DNA of 64,000 nucleotides. Source: Azolla caroliniana. Taxonomy: Eukaryota; Plantae; Polypodiophyta. The stretch is from positions 14,074,001-14,138,000 of the forward strand of contig JBHGNT010000015.1 of the NCBI GenBank assembly GCA_043228905.1, read 5' to 3'. Each line of letters starts with the position of its first letter. Position 1 is the stretch's first letter. The notes under the pieces were generated by a model. It made no database searches, was not told where the DNA came from, and worked only from the letters and a program-made list of their open reading frames with translations. Shown piece by piece: positions 13,411-27,420 of this stretch. Made by a program: the position numbers and the translations under genes.

Positions 13411-15763
13411 ATGGAAGAATCGTTCGATTGCATGGTCAAGCTCACCGGCTCCAACTACTCAGTGTGGAAGTCGAAGATGAGGGATATGCTAGTGGTCATA
13501 GATCTTTGGTTGCCAGTTCAGTTCAGGGACAAGAGACTAGACAAGATCGATGCCACAGTGTGGGAGGTGATGCACATGAAGACGACGACATACATCCGGT
13601 GTTTCATTGACATGAGCTTGTACAATAACTTCAATGAAGAGAGCAAGGCTCATGAACTCTAGGAGAAGATCGGCATCATGTTCCAGAACAAGAATGCCAT
13701 TAATCGGATTTCTGTATTTCGGAAGCTAGCGAGGCTCCAGTACCAAGACGACTCCAGTATGGCGGAGCACATTAATGCCTTCCAGGAGCTGATACACCAA
13801 ACAACCTCGTTGGAAGTACCTCTCGGCGATGACGTACTTGCTCTACTCCTGCTCGGTTCCCTCCGGGATAGCTGGGAGACGTTAGTTGTCACGTTGGGCA
13901 ACGTTGGGCCGGAAGGAAAACAGCTATCGCTAGCAAGAGTCAAGTCAAGCTTGCTAGATGAGGAGGCGCGTCGGAAAGACAAGGAGGTGATCTCCAACGC
14001 CAAAGCCCTCCTGACCAAATCGGAGCGCTGAAGACAAAGGAATCGGAGTCCCCACAACTGGGAAAAATCGGGGACACGGCCAAAGTCAAGGGGGAGTCCC
14101 ACTTGCTTCTATTGCGGCAAGCCTGGGCACTTCTAGAAGAACTGTCGGCATTTCCATAAAGACAAGGGAACCGACAGTACCGACTCGAAGAAGTCACCAA
14201 ACCGAAACGGTTTGGATCGACGAGGCCTGGAGCGGAAGGTAATGACGATAATCACGAGAAGTGAAGAAGAACTAATGCTCATCACCGAGGAGAGTGAGTT
14301 GAACCTTGCCATCGACGAGACAACATGGGTTGTCGATTCCGGAGCGTCGTTCCAGCTGACCGGAAATGCTTCTCATCCTACACAACCAGTGAGCACGGTT
14401 GTGTCTGGATGGGGAATGCAGAGACATGCCGAATTATCGGCATAGGAGATGTGATGTTGACGACATCAACCGGATGCAAGTTGCTACTGAAGGATGTCCG
14501 ACAAGTTCTGGAGGTTCGACTAAACTTGATATCAGCCGGTCAACTACATGATGAAGGCTACATAGGTAGCATCCGGAATGGTGTCATGAAGTTCTACAAA
14601 GGGAGCTTAATAGTGGCTCGAGCCCGGATGGTCAACACACTGTACTTGATGCATGCCTAGATATGTCGGGAAGAAGTGAACGTAGCATCCGACACTGCCG
14701 GTGAGCTGTGGCACAAAAGATTGTGTCACATGAGTGAGAAGGGGATGAAGAGGCTTGCCGAAGACAACCTCATTCCGGTGGAGGACGTGCAACTTCAGAA
14801 GTGCATTGACTACCTGGCTGGCAAGCAAAACCGAACCACCTTTCGGTCAAGACCACCGATGAGACGAAATGCACCACTGGAGCTCGTCCATACCGATGTG
14901 TGTCAAGTAGACACGAAGTCACATGCTGGATTGCAATACTTCATGACGTTCATAGATGACCACAGCCGGAAGCAGTGGGTCTCACCGTTGAAGACGAAGG
15001 ATCAGGTGTTATCCGTCTTCAAGGAGCTTCATGCAAGAGTGGAAAGAGAAACCAGCCGGAAGCTAAAGGCGGTTCGAGCAGATAACGGAGGAGAATACCG
15101 GGGGAAGGGAATCCGGCTCGAATTCCCCATACTGAAGACGCCCAAACTAAACGGGTTGGCCGAAAGGATGAACCGGACCGTGATGGAGAGAGTCTAGAGC
15201 ATGCTGGCACATGCAAAATTAACCCAAGACGTTTTGGGCTGAGGCGTTGATGACGGCGGCCTATGTGATAAATAGATCACCCTCAGTACCCTTGGATGGA
15301 GACTCACCGCAGAAAGTATGGACTGGTAAGGATGTGTCTTACTAGCATCTGAAGGTGTTCGGGTGTCTCACATACGTTCATGTGGCGAAGCACAAGAGAG
15401 CAAAGTTGGATCTGAAGTCTCCGCCATGCATATTCCTTGGATACGACGATGATGAGTTTGGTTACTGGGTGTGGGATCTGGTCGACAGAAAGGTGTTCCG
15501 GAGTCGGGACATAGTCTTCATGGAAGACAGGACCATTGCTGATTGGGAGTCAGAGAAGAAGGTAACGAACTCTGGATCATCCATTGAAAACAGGTTCGAG
15601 GACAAAAGGATATACCCGGTTGTTCACCAATAACCGGATGACACCTGACGAACCAGCCGGATACGGACAGGAAACGAACCGACCGAAGAAGAAGAAGAAG
15701 AAGACACAGGAACCAGACAAAACCCCGAATCGAATTCGGATTCGGAACAAACGGAGGAACCGG
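13411..15763 (+). pseudogene. Copia gag-protease-integrase (disrupted)
   Basis: ORF fragments 13351-15633 with KLTGSNYSVWKSKM, zinc knuckle CFYCGKPGH, DSGAS, GAG-pre-integrase and rve motifs; many stops and frameshifts. Confidence 0.92.
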
Positions 15764-16293
15764 TGTCGCAAAGAAAACCGGGCATAGGCGGAATCGGAGA
15801 AAAAGGCGCATGAACCGGCTCTTACACGGATGGGCGCATATTTTGATATTTTGTACATGATTCATAAATGAATCGGCTGATGTAAATACTAAGTAGTACA
15901 CATTTATTAGGGGATTGTGCGTATCCTTGTCAGAAGGGACAGGGAATAAAGCGATTTGACTGTGGATGGGAACTATTTAAGGAAAAGAGAGAGGGGAGAG
16001 AAAATATCGCGCGTTGGAGAGGAGGAAGTGCTACTGCAGATCGGAGTGCCGAGATCTCTCTTCTCCTCCGACCGTTGGTCTCTATGGGTCGGTAGTTCGC
16101 TGCCTCTGCTTCGTGGACAGCTCGTGCGCTTCCAGTAGAGGCTCTCCCCCCCCCCCCTTGTTCTTTTTGTTTCTTGGAGTTGAGTGAGTTCTGACTATGT
16201 GCGTGAGTAGGATCCCCGTGTCAGAGTTGTAATCTCTTGTTATTGTAATTAAGGGTTCCGTCTAGTCTCCGCCTTCTCGCTTCCGCGTATCTT

Positions 16294-16330
<37 letters not shown>

Positions 16331-19300
16331 CCTCGGTTCAAGGCCCCCGTGGTCCCGCCTCTTTCTACATGCACGCGCGTAACAACGTGACATATTTGGT
16401 GAACCCGACGTGAAAGGGCGGCAAAGGAGTTGAAAGATGAGGGGATCGGAGCTAGCGGAGGTGATGGCGGTAGCCGTCGACCGGCTGGTAAGCGCTCGTG
16501 AGGGGACGGGTACCCTCGACAGAGCCATTGAATCAATCGTCGGCTCTATAGGCCGGTTCGGAGGGAAAGACGCCACAAGTTATTTGGAGGCTTACCGGGC
16601 CGAAATGATCATGAGGGATATCCCGGTGGATAGGCGGTTGTCCAGATTCCCTCGGGTGGTGACGTCGAGCATACACGCGGAGGTGCTCGAGGTGCTGGCC
16701 GGATGCCGGACTTGGGAGGAGTTCGAGCTGCAGCTCCTCGAGAAGTACGGGTTTGACAACTTGCTTCGGCTATCGAGGCGGGACTTCATGGCGTGGGTGG
16801 AAAGCCCCAAAAAGGGGAGGAACACGTCGGTGCTCCTCCAAGAGTTCGAAAAACGGTTCACGCGGCTGTCAACACTGGACCGGACGGTGCTCAAAATGAG
16901 TCGATTACTACTGTTTGTCAAGTCGGTGGACGCGCTCGACAGGGAAAAGGTGGGTCCCCTATTGGAGACGAATGAAGGGCTCACAACAGACTGGGCCGTG
17001 GTAAAACGGGTCAGCAGCCGTTTTGACAAACGGCGCGATTGGAGCGACGGAAGCTCGTCGGGGTCAGGGCCGGTCCCGGGGAGGAGCCTCGAGGAGCCGG
17101 TATCGGTGCTGGCCGGTAGGAAGGAAGAGACCCGAATCTGGCCAGAGTCGGGGTCGGCATCGAAGGACGTGGTCAGAGGCCCATCCGGAGGAGCGGCTCT
17201 GGAGGAGTTGACACAGATGGTGCGCGACCTGCAGATCGCACAGGCCCGGAGAGACAGCGGCGAGCAACCTCGCGACCGGAGGCTGCCGGCTAGGCAGCGG
17301 TGCATGTGGTATGACGCGATCAATCACATTCGGAAGGATTGCGCGGATTTCGCCGATGCGCTCAAGACCAACGTGGTGTACCTCTGGAACGGTCGAGGGC
17401 ACTCGAGCGAGACCGAGAGCCCTAGAACTAAATACGGGGTGTGGCGGAATGAAGAGGTTGATGGAAGAGGTAGCGACACGGCACGTTGAAGTCATTAACT
17501 ACTCAGTGTCGGCAGGAATTCGGGTCGGGGGTGACAAGACCCGGAAGGCGAAGGACTCTGGATTCTGGCCGCTAGTGCTAGAAGGCCTCTCCGGAGTTCG
17601 TCTGAAGAAGGAAGAGGCGGACCAGGCGGAGCAGAGGGTCCAGGAGGTCACCGGTTGGGACGATCTGGTCGAAGAGAAAACGGGCTTCGTAGAAGCCGCT
17701 TGCCAAAACTATGAGGTTCTGGTGGAGGATAAACGGGCAAGAAAGGCCAGAGGGGTCGGTCCCCCACAGAGGTATGAGACCCACTTCAGACCGAAACCGA
17801 CCGGTGCCGGCAACCCAGGCGCGCCGAACGGAAAGAAGCGGGCGGGGTTTCGGTTGAGCACCGAAATCGAAAGGACCTGCGAAAGGTCCTAGAGGAATGT
17901 ATCCTCGATAGTAAAGTGGAGCTGTCATTGCGGGACGTGCTGGGAATTGCCAAGAGGGAGTTCTATGACTCTATCGTAGACTTGGTGAAGCGGAAGAGGC
18001 TCTCGACGGAGCCGGAACCGGAGAAGCCGGTGAAGGTGCGGACCACGCACTTGGAAGGCGCAGCCCTAGAAGATGAGTTGGCGGAAAGCCACTACACGAA
18101 GCCGCATTAGGCCAGGGCAACTACGGAAACCCCTGTACGGATCGGCAATGTTTCGGAACCGGTGGTGGCGTTGGTAGACCATGGATTCGAAATCAACCTG
18201 ATGTCCATGGATTTCTACAAGAAGGGTAAATGGCCGATCAACACCAAGCATGGCTGGAAAATACGGGTAGCGACGCGTGCCACGGAAGAACTACATGGAG
18301 CCTGTCCGAACCTTCGGGACAAAATCGGCGATGTCGAGATCGACCAACACTTCTTCATGCAGGAGACATCCTCGCATCCGGTCATACTAGGAGAGCCGTA
18401 CATCACGGCGGCACTGATGGAGACCAAGGTGCTGGACAACGGTTCAGCCTATGCAAGAGTCAAGAGCTAGGACGGGCATCACTCGGTCCAGTTCCTGACG
18501 GTGCGACCAAACCATGAGCGTAACCGCGAGGCCCTCGGCGGCGAAACCCGCAATAGTCCAGACACCCGGGAAGAACCCCACAAATGTACAGTACGGAAGA
18601 AGACCTGTACCATAGGTAGGAAATTTTTGTTCTCTAACAACGGAGGTTGTACTATGGCCGGTGTCAGCGGCCAGGAAAGGAAGCAAGCGGAGGAGCGGCT
18701 CAGGACATGCGGAGTCCTCTCCCCCGACGAAGAGATCAACGGCGCCGTGGAGGCGGTCTCTTTTGACGACACCTTGGGCGAGTTGCGAAAGGTGATCGGT
18801 GCAGACCTTAGAGAAGATCGGACCGTTCCGGTAGGATCGATGGGAATGTACGAAGCCATCACGGACTTCGGGGAAAGAACCGGGTCGGATCGGACGGCCC
18901 GCGTGGATACAAAGTACAAGACTGTGGACCGGAAGGAGAGGCCTGGCACCCTTGCCGGAGGGTAGCGAGGAGCGGAAAAAAGGGGTCGCGTCGGACCCAA
19001 GTTAACGGAATCCGGCTGGCATAGGGCACCGGTTCACCGACATAACGCTACGGGAGCTCAAGGTCGGTGGGGGTGGCTTCCTACTGCCGGCGGAGGAGGA
19101 CAGGTTTCGGAGAATGCTCGGAAGGCATGGGAAAGCCTTCACGTTCTCGCCGGAGGAGATCGGGTGCGTGGACCCGACGATCGTCGAACCGATGGTGATC
19201 TTCACGGAACCGCATGTACCGTGGAATCTCAAACCAATTCTGGTGCCGAGAGCTCACCTCCCGAAGTTGATGGAGCTTCTGAAGCAAAAGGTGGAGATGG

Positions 19301-22300
19301 GCATCCTCGAACCGCCGAGTGCCCCGTATTCAAATCAGTGGTTTACGGTGCCGAAAAAGAACGGCACGCCGCGCTTCATTCAGGACCTGCAACCAGTCAA
19401 CAAGGTAACCATCCGTAACACAAGAATCGGACCGACCATAGATGAGTTCGCGGAGGTCTTCGCCGGAAGGTAGATTTACTCTGTCGGTGATCTGTACTCG
19501 GGGTACGATCAGTTCCAACTAGCCATGGAGAGCAGAGACATTACGACGATGCGGACCCCTCTCGGCCTAGTGCGGATGTGTACCGTACCACAAGGAGGGA
19601 CGAACTCAGTGGCTCACATGGTGAACGTGATGAACAAAGTGCTCAAGGATTGTATCCCGGACATCACCATGACATTCTTAGACGACATCCTGATCAGGGG
19701 ATGCCCGGGGGAGGAAAAGGATGAGGCAATCGGACCGGACGGATGTCGGAATTTCTTGGCGACTCACATCGATGACTGCGAGAAGGTGTTGCAGAGACTA
19801 GAAGGCGCGAGGCTCACCTTCTCCGGGGAAAAATCGGCCTTCGGGCAATCAGAAATCATGGTTGTCAGACACCTATGCGGACCATACGGGCAGAAACCGT
19901 CTCCGGGCAAGGTGGAAGCCATCTCCGCGATGAAGCATGACTGCAATTCGGTCACGGAGGTCTGCAGATTCTTGGGAGCATGCGCGTTCTACCACATCTT
20001 GATCCCGAACTACACGCATGTCACGGAACCCCTCTACGGACTATTGAAAAAGGGGCGTAGCTTTGAGTGGAGGATGGAGCACACAGAGTCGGTACAGAGA
20101 CTAAAGGAGGCGCTTACGGTAGCGCCGGCTCTCCATAAAGCGGTTTATGACAAGGATGTCCCCATTTGCGGGATGGTGGACACCAGCCCGACTGGGATCG
20201 GGTGGGTAATCAGTCAGGAGGACAAGGACAGCGTTCCATTCCCGATCCAGTTCGGGGCGAAGGTATTCAGCGAGCGGCAGCGAGGATACGCCCAAGTTAA
20301 GCGCGAGCTTTGGGGTATCGTTTCAGCAGTCAAGGCCGACAAGGACTATCTGATCGGGACAGAGCTGATCATCGAGACGGATAGCCTGCCGATACTCGGC
20401 ATGGTTTTCGGATGCGCGACGCCAGACCTAGCAATGCTCCGGTGGATAGCGTACATTAAGTCCCTTAACCCAGAGATATGGCACATCTCCGGAAAGGACA
20501 ATGCCATGGCTGACATGCTTTCGAGAGCGAGGTTCAACGACGAAAACAACATGCTTTCGGATGACGAAGAAGTCGGCGAGGACTTCTTTGGGTCGGCTAA
20601 CATAACGACGAGGAAAGGGGACACTCTTGCGCTTAACGAATTTGACTAAAGCAGGTACGACGGGGAGTGGCTCGAAATCGGGAGGTTCCTACGGGCGATG
20701 ACGCCGGATGCAGCGTGGACGAGAGAAGAGGCGAGTCGGGTACGGAAGAAGGCGTACCGATTCTTCCTGTGGGACGGGTGTATATGGAGGCACCCAAAGC
20801 AGAAAAATGGCATTCCGCTCCGAGTAGTGGCAAGGAAAGAAGAGCAGGGGGGACTACTGGCGGCATTTCACGAGAGTCCCTGGGCCGGGCATCGCAGAAC
20901 GTGGGCCACATTAGAGAAGCTGAAGGAGAAGTACTAGTGGCCGAGGTTGTACTAGGACGTGCATAGGTTTCACAACTTGGGCGTCAGATGCACTCCATAG
21001 TCCGACATCGGAATGAGCTACACCCGACCTACCCGCCTGCGGTTCATTTGAAATGGATGGTGGACTTGGTGACGATGTCGATGGGCGTAAGACAGATGCG
21101 ATACCTGGTGCTTGAGCTGGAAGACTTAACGAGCTAGGTGGAAGGCCGTGCAGTGCAAAACAAGACAACCGTGGCGGTATGCCGGTTCCTGATCGAAGAG
21201 GTAGTGTGTCGGTACGGGTGCGTCGGGAAGATCGTGGCAGACCGGGGAGAGCTGGATGCGCGGAAAGCTGAGGAGCTGTTTGACCGACTAGGGCTCAAAC
21301 TCTCCCTCACTATGGCGTACAATTCGGAGGCGAACGGGAAGGTGGAGCATGGGCACGGGCCGATCGTAAAGGCGTTGGTGCGAGCATGTGGAGGGCGGGT
21401 TGGGAACTGGCCACGGCTCCTTCCTTACGCACTATGGGCGGACCGAACTACACACAGTTCGGCGACAGGGTTTATGCCGGCAGAGCTGATGTACGGACAG
21501 AAGCCGATCATGCCGGTGGAACGGACGGTTTCTTCATGGGCGGCGGTAGATTGGAAGGACGAGATAAGCCGGGAAGAGTTGCTGGCGGCATGGATTCGGG
21601 AACTCGAGCGGAGGCCGGAGGACGTAAAAAGGGCGAAGGAAAAGTTGCGGGCGCCAAGGGAGCGGAACAAGACCCAGTTCAACCGGACACATCGGTTGCG
21701 ACCAAAGAAGATCGAGGAAGATGATTGGGTCTTGGTGTACGACAAAAGCCTCAACAATCAGCACAAGGCCCTACACGGTGACGAGCGCGAATGACAACGG
21801 CACGTACCACCTCGCGGAACTCGACGGGACATAGTTAGCGGTGTCGGTGGCCGGGAAGCGGATCGAAGCGTTCAAGAAGCAGTTCGAAGACGAGCGGGAG
21901 CCTGCGAGCAGGAGCGACAACGACGATCAGTTTAGGCCCGACCGAGAATCGGAGAATGACGAGTGAAGCCAGTTTTCTTCGGTACCTACCTGTCTCTAGC
22001 GCATGCCGGTGGATGCGCGGTTTCGTGGGGCTAGATGTCGTGAAGAAAACCAGGCATAGGCGGAATTAGAGAAAAAGGCGCATGAACCGTCGGTCTCTGT
22101 GGGTCGGGAGTTCGCTGCCTCTGCTTCGTGGACATCCCGTGCCCTTCCAGCAGAGGCTCTCTCCCCCCCTCGTTTTTTTTGTTTCTTGGAGCCGAGTGAG
22201 TTCTGTTTGTGTGCGTGAGTAGGATCCCCGTGTTGGGTCCATCGCCGCCTTGCCGGTTGTAACCGTCAGAGTTGTAATCTCTTGTTATTGTAATCTCTTG

Positions 22301-22354
22301 TTATTGTAATTAAGGGTTCCGTCTGATCTCCTCCTTCTCGCTTCCGCGCATTTG

Positions 22355-22393
<39 letters not shown>

Positions 22394-22455
22394 CCTTGGT
22401 TCAAGGCCCCTGTGGTCCCGCCTCTTTCTACACGCACGCGTGTAACAACGCGACA
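15764..22455 (+). mobile_element. Ty3/gypsy non-chromovirus LTR retrotransposon (Phygy-like), tRNA-Trp PBS, 4-bp TSD
   Basis: LTRs 15764-16392 and 22036-22455 (TGTCG...GACA); TSD CCGG (15760-15763, 22456-22459); PBS TGGTGAACCCGACGTGAA at 16397; gag (16437), ALVDHG protease, FLDD RT, RNase H, ADRGE/EANGKVE integrase; removing it restores the copia frame (TEEPAIRNQGRR). Confidence 0.95.
16437..21966 (+). pseudogene. Gypsy gag-pol (disrupted)
   Basis: ORF fragments 16437-17489, 18162-18470, 19114-19473, 19525-20649, 20698-20937, 21138-21794 in PR-RT-RH-IN order. Confidence 0.93.
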
Positions 22456-22459
22456 CCGG

Positions 22460-24084
22460 CAATCAGAAACCAAGGACGGAGATATCCTCGACGGGAGAGA
22501 AGAGCCCCCCGAAGATTTCCGAATGTAGAGCATGTGTTGTTAACCGATGAGGGGGAGCTGGAAAGCTTTGAAGAAGCAAGGGGAGACACCCATAGCCGCA
22601 AGTGGTTGAGTGCCATGTAGGATGAGATGGATGCCCTGCATGAGAACCACACATACGAATTGGTGGAGTTGCCGAAAGGGAAGAGGGCAATCTGAAACGA
22701 GTGGGTGTACAAGCTGAAAGCGGGAGACACCAGAAATCCACCAAGGTATAAGGCTTGAATCGTGGTGAAGGGCTTCCACCAAAAGAAAGGATTGGACTTC
22801 GATGAGATCTTTGTCCTGGTAGTAAATATGACATCCATCTAGACGGTATTGGTCATAGCAGCAAGCATGGACCTCGAGGTAGAGCAGCTGGACATCAAGA
22901 TGACATTCCTACACAGAGACCTCGAAGAAGAGATCTACATGCATCAACTGGAAGGATTTGAGAGGAAAGGGAAGGAGCACCTGGTCTGCCAGCTGAAGAA
23001 GAGCCTATACGGACTGAAGCAAGCCCCCCGGCAATGGTACCGGAAATTCAACTCCTTCATGACCGACCAAGGGTACCACAAGACGCAAGCCGATCATTGC
23101 GTGTTTGTGAAGAAATTTGACGGAGGAGACTTCCTGATACTCCTCCTATATGTGGACGATATGTTGATTGTTGGACGAGACCAAGTCAAAATACGGATGT
23201 TGAAAGACTTGGGTCCGGCCAGATAGATGCTGGGGATGCACATCATCCGGGACCGGTCGAAGAAGCTATTGTGGTTGTCACAAGAAAAGGATGTGACGAA
23301 GGTGCTTAAGCGGTTCAACATGTCGGATGTGAAACTAGTCGGATCGACACTTCCGGCAAACTGCAAGCTATCCGGAAAGCAGAGCCTGAGGAAAAAAATG
23401 GAGCAAGCGGATATGATGAAGATACCATATGCCTCGGCCGTCGGGAGTTTGATGTACGTAATGGTGTGTACCCGGCCGGATATCAGAACGGTGAGCCATT
23501 TCATGAGCAATCCCGGAAGAGAGCATTAGAATGCGGTAAAATGGATACTCCGATACTTGAAGGGCACTTCGATTATGTGCCTCTGATTCGGCTCTGGTAA
23601 ACCCCTCATGGAAGGCTTTACCGATTCGGACATGTCGGCTGATGTGGACTCCAACCGGTCAACTTCCAGATATGTCATGACCTACGCACGGGGAGCGCTT
23701 TCGTGGCAGTCGAGCCTGCAGAAGATGGTTGCGTTGTCAACCACGAAGGCGGAGTACATGGCAGTCGTCGAAGCCGGCAAGGAAATATTATGGATGAAGT
23801 ACTTCGTCGGAGAGCTAGGGATCCGGCAAGAGAAATACCGGCTCTACTGCGACAGTCAAAGTGCCATTCACCTTGCAAAGAACACGACATACCATTCCAG
23901 AACAAAGCACATCCAACGCATGTACCACTGGATCCGGGAGTGAGGTGAAGATCAAGAGTTCGTGCTGACGAAGATCCACACAGAGGAGAACGGGTCGGAT
24001 ATGTTGACCAAGGTGTTGACACCCGACAAGCTGGGCACATGCCCGAAGCGGAACAGACTTATGAGACATCCCATACCGGAGTGA
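22460..24084 (+). pseudogene. Copia RT-RNase H (disrupted)
   Basis: QLDIKMTFLH, SLYGLKQAPRQWY, LLYVDDMLI, YASAVGSLMY, VALSTTKAEY, RTKHI. Confidence 0.93.
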
Positions 24085-24094
24085 AGGGGGAGAT

Positions 24095-24629
24095 TGTTGG
24101 GAAATCGGTCCCTCCGGATGGGATCCGGTGATGAGTAAAGAGGACCCGGTGAGAACCGGAAGAGAAGACAAATTTGTAAATATGTCTTCAATAAGCCCAT
24201 TGACGCTATATTTGTAAATAGCCCTGAGTTCATATAACTATAAATATGACCTAGGGAAATCACTTTAGTAGTAGATTGGATGCGTTGCATTTTTGTTGTA
24301 ACTGTTATATATATATACAGAGAGAGAGAGGCAGAGATAGAGTGAGTCTATGTTGTAACCGCCGCCAGCCGAAGATTGTGAGCACGAGTTTGTTGCCTCT
24401 GTGTTCCCCTGTTGTATTCCTCTAAGACATTGTAGTAGCTTGGAGCTTATGGGCTCCCGTGGTTTTTCCCGTTAAGGCTTTTCCACGTAAACATCCTGTG
24501 CACTCTCTCTTGTCACTTGTTGTCTGCGTGCATGTGTATTTCTCCTCCGTTCCCATTCTTGGTGTCTGATTCGAAACGAAATGATCCAAGACTCGGTTGT
24601 GGCCGAGCAATATTCCGCGTTGTGCAACT
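24095..24629 (+). repeat. 3' LTR of the copia element
   Basis: Follows the PPT; homologous to 12853-13381; terminal CA reads CT. Confidence 0.93.
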
Positions 24630-26530
24630 GGAGGTTTATGGTCGTCATGTTTCTATTAAGAAGGTATCAAACCTCTCGTGTTCATGACCTTTTGGATTAT
24701 GTGTGGACCTTTTATTATACCGATCTTTTCTTTAGGAGGAGAAAGGTGGCAAAATCAATGAGTTGGAGCTTGCCTTTACCTGCTTCGGTTTCTTATTGAC
24801 GATCTTTTTTCGATATCCGACCTTCTATATTGATATTAAAGATGCTCAATTGTCACTGACATCTGTTGGGATAGTTTCTCTTTTATTAGTTATTTTGTTG
24901 GGTGTTGCTTACAAAGTCTTGAAATTGATGGGATTGATATGTTGATGAATGGTCATAATGCAATGTTGTGAAATAAAAAAATTTCTGACGGTTAAGTGTA
25001 GTGGCCTTTTTCTATTTTACTGTTTCACACGTTAAATGGCTCCTCTGTTTTGGTTTCTTAACATGTTTATGTTATAATGTTTGGATGTGAACGTAGCATT
25101 TGTAGAATTTAGACGTCTAATTGATATCGATGTAGGTGCTAGTTTTTGATGTTTTTCTATATATTTGAATTTCACTATATATCTTTCTTGTCTATAGATA
25201 CAACAGAGCTTAAATGGCTCCTTTGTTTTGGTTTCTTAACATGTTTATGTTGTAATGTTTGGATGTGAACGTGGCATTTGAAGATTTTAGACGTCCAATT
25301 GATCTCGATGTATGTGCTAGTTTTTTATGTTTTTTTGTATATTTGGATTTCACCATGTATCTTTGTTGTCTATAGATAAAATAGAGCTTTATTTGAATAG
25401 ATGTAATATATTGGTATGGGCTGTTCAGGAAGGAAAAAAAAGCCACGTGTATTATGTCATAAGCTTCAACACCAACATCATTTGTAGTACTAAATTGGGT
25501 GATAAAGCGTAAGGATGTCAATATTAAATGTTGCAGCTTATATTTTGAACAATTGACATACATATGTTGGTTTTCTCCTTCATTTTATTGTTGGTACTTG
25601 CTGTTCATGAAAATATAGAGGCGACATTGGATGAAACTATATATGCGACTGATATGTGGTGATTCAGTTGGTTGTTAATGGCTTTTTCTTTAGCCCTTTG
25701 GAATAGTTGTAGATAGTACATACGTGGTATGTGGTCAATCTTCTCTTTTGAATGTTTCCGTAATAGATAAAGTCCCAATGTAATTTCACACAATATTGGT
25801 AATGCTTGTTACCATGGAAAGGAAGGAGCATGAATGTTGTCATAATTTGTGCTACATATTTATGTGCAACATATATTCTAAGAAGTTGGCTTCATATCTT
25901 TATTTGCAAAAATTGTGGTTGCATCTTTTTAGTTCTAGGATTCCTCACGATACTACATGGAATGTGGTGTCGATTTGATTTTCAAGGATATCATTCATTC
26001 CCATGGCTGTTGACATTTGCTACTTTCTTCAAATAGTTCCATGGTCGTTGACATTTTGTTCTCAGCTTGCATACATGACATTATCCACGGGGCATGTATT
26101 ACTTTCGTTATTTTATGTTTTTATTTAGATCATACAATGGCATAATGGTATTTTGGAAACGATAAATTTGAAAAGGTTTATACTTTTAATAACTACCTTT
26201 GAATGTTTTAGAGAAAATACTAGATAGTTTGCACTCGAGGAGGCAATGCTTACGTTTCCAAGGATCTGCCTCATTTTTGTGGAATGTTGCTTATTTCTCT
26301 TTGGGTTGGCCTTATGTTTTTTGTCGATGTAGATAATGAGATACATAAGGCATGAAATGCATCTATCACAATATCTTTGATTACGCATCATACAGGGGAA
26401 AATTGGCACTACTAATTTGTTATGCTTTTACCAATGACCGATTTGGAACGTTGGACTCATAAAGTAGAACAGATCTTCTGCGACATTATTCATTGCCAAG
26501 ATGCTCGATTACATAAATAGTGGTTAAGTT
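24630..26530 (+). repeat. Remainder of gene copy 2 (last exon to 24945) and downstream DNA duplicated at about 31690-33466
   Basis: Resumes GGAGGTTTATGGTCGTCATG after the TSD; ORFs 25796/25806/26125 match 32733/32704/33130; homology ends at GATTACATAAATAGTGGTTAAGTT. Confidence 0.88.
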
Positions 26531-26539
26531 CCCAAGATG

Positions 26540-27420
26540 TACCAACAGATATTGCATTTTCAGTTGGTATAATTAGTAGATATATGCAAGGACTTAAGAA
26601 GGCACACATGGTGATAGTGAAAAGAACTCTAAGAGCTTTTCTATTCTAATCGTAAGTTGTCTCCTAGTTTCTTTTGTGATGCAGATTGGGCTGGAGATAA
26701 AGAAACAAGAAGAAGTACAAGTGCATATTGTTGTTCACTTTTAAATGGAGTTGTGTCATGGTTGTCAAAGAAACAACCAACTATAGCATTGAGTACAACT
26801 AAAGAAGAGTATAGAGTTGCAAGCCAAGCTGCATGTGAAGCGACATGGTTAGAGATGTTACTAAAGGATCTTGGAGTCAAAGTGCAAAGACCAGTTGTTA
26901 TCTACTGTGATAACATGAGTTCAATCTTGTTGGCAAGAATCCAGTTTTCCATGGATGTACAAAACATATTGAGATACATTATCATATTATTCGTGAGAAC
27001 ATTATTGAAAGTCTCATTGATTTGTGTCAAGACAAAGGATCAAGTTGTTGATATCTTCACGAATCCATTACCAAAAGAGAAGTTTTTCAAGTTTAGAAGA
27101 CAACTTGGCCTTTGTGATCTTAATATGTGCTTGAGAGGGGGTGTTTAAGATCAAGCACAAATTTAAAGATTATAGTGCTTACAATTAAGGTATATATAAT
27201 TTATTGATATATTAATTCAACATGTAAATGATAAGTTTGTTGACATGAAATGCATGAAATGCCATGCATGTAACCCTAGGAGGTGACCCCATGTGGTGAT
27301 CATGCTCACATACCTCATCTTGTAAATAAAAGGGGCTTACCCCCACCATTCTATAGATTCATTCATAGATTCTCTTCAATCTCGATCACTAATTGTTTTG
27401 TTGCGCAAGTCTATGATGAC
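26540..27420 (+). mobile_element. Ty1/copia 3' fragment (RT end, RNase H, PPT, LTR start) of a different family
   Basis: FCDADWAGDKETRRSTS, SWLSKKQPTIALSTT, YCDNMSSI, DQVVDIFT; TTGAGAGGGGG then TGTT at about 27142. Confidence 0.85.

Larger units (their letters stand above)
12853..24629 (+). mobile_element. Full-length degenerate Ty1/copia LTR retrotransposon (Tnt1/Tork-like) containing a nested gypsy element
   Basis: LTRs 12853-13381 and 24095-24629; TSD GGAGG (12848-12852, 24630-24634); PBS TAGTATCAGAGC (mutated tRNA-iMet type) at 13385; PPT GAGTGAAGGGGGAGAT at 24079-24094; gag, WVVDSGAS protease, LWHKRLCHMSEKG/VHTDV/ADNGGEY integrase, YGLKQAPRQW/LYVDD RT, FTDSD/CDSQSAI RNase H. Confidence 0.96.

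Noticed and set aside
16397-16414. tRNA gene
   Set aside because: Only the 18-nt primer-binding complement is present, with no cloverleaf.
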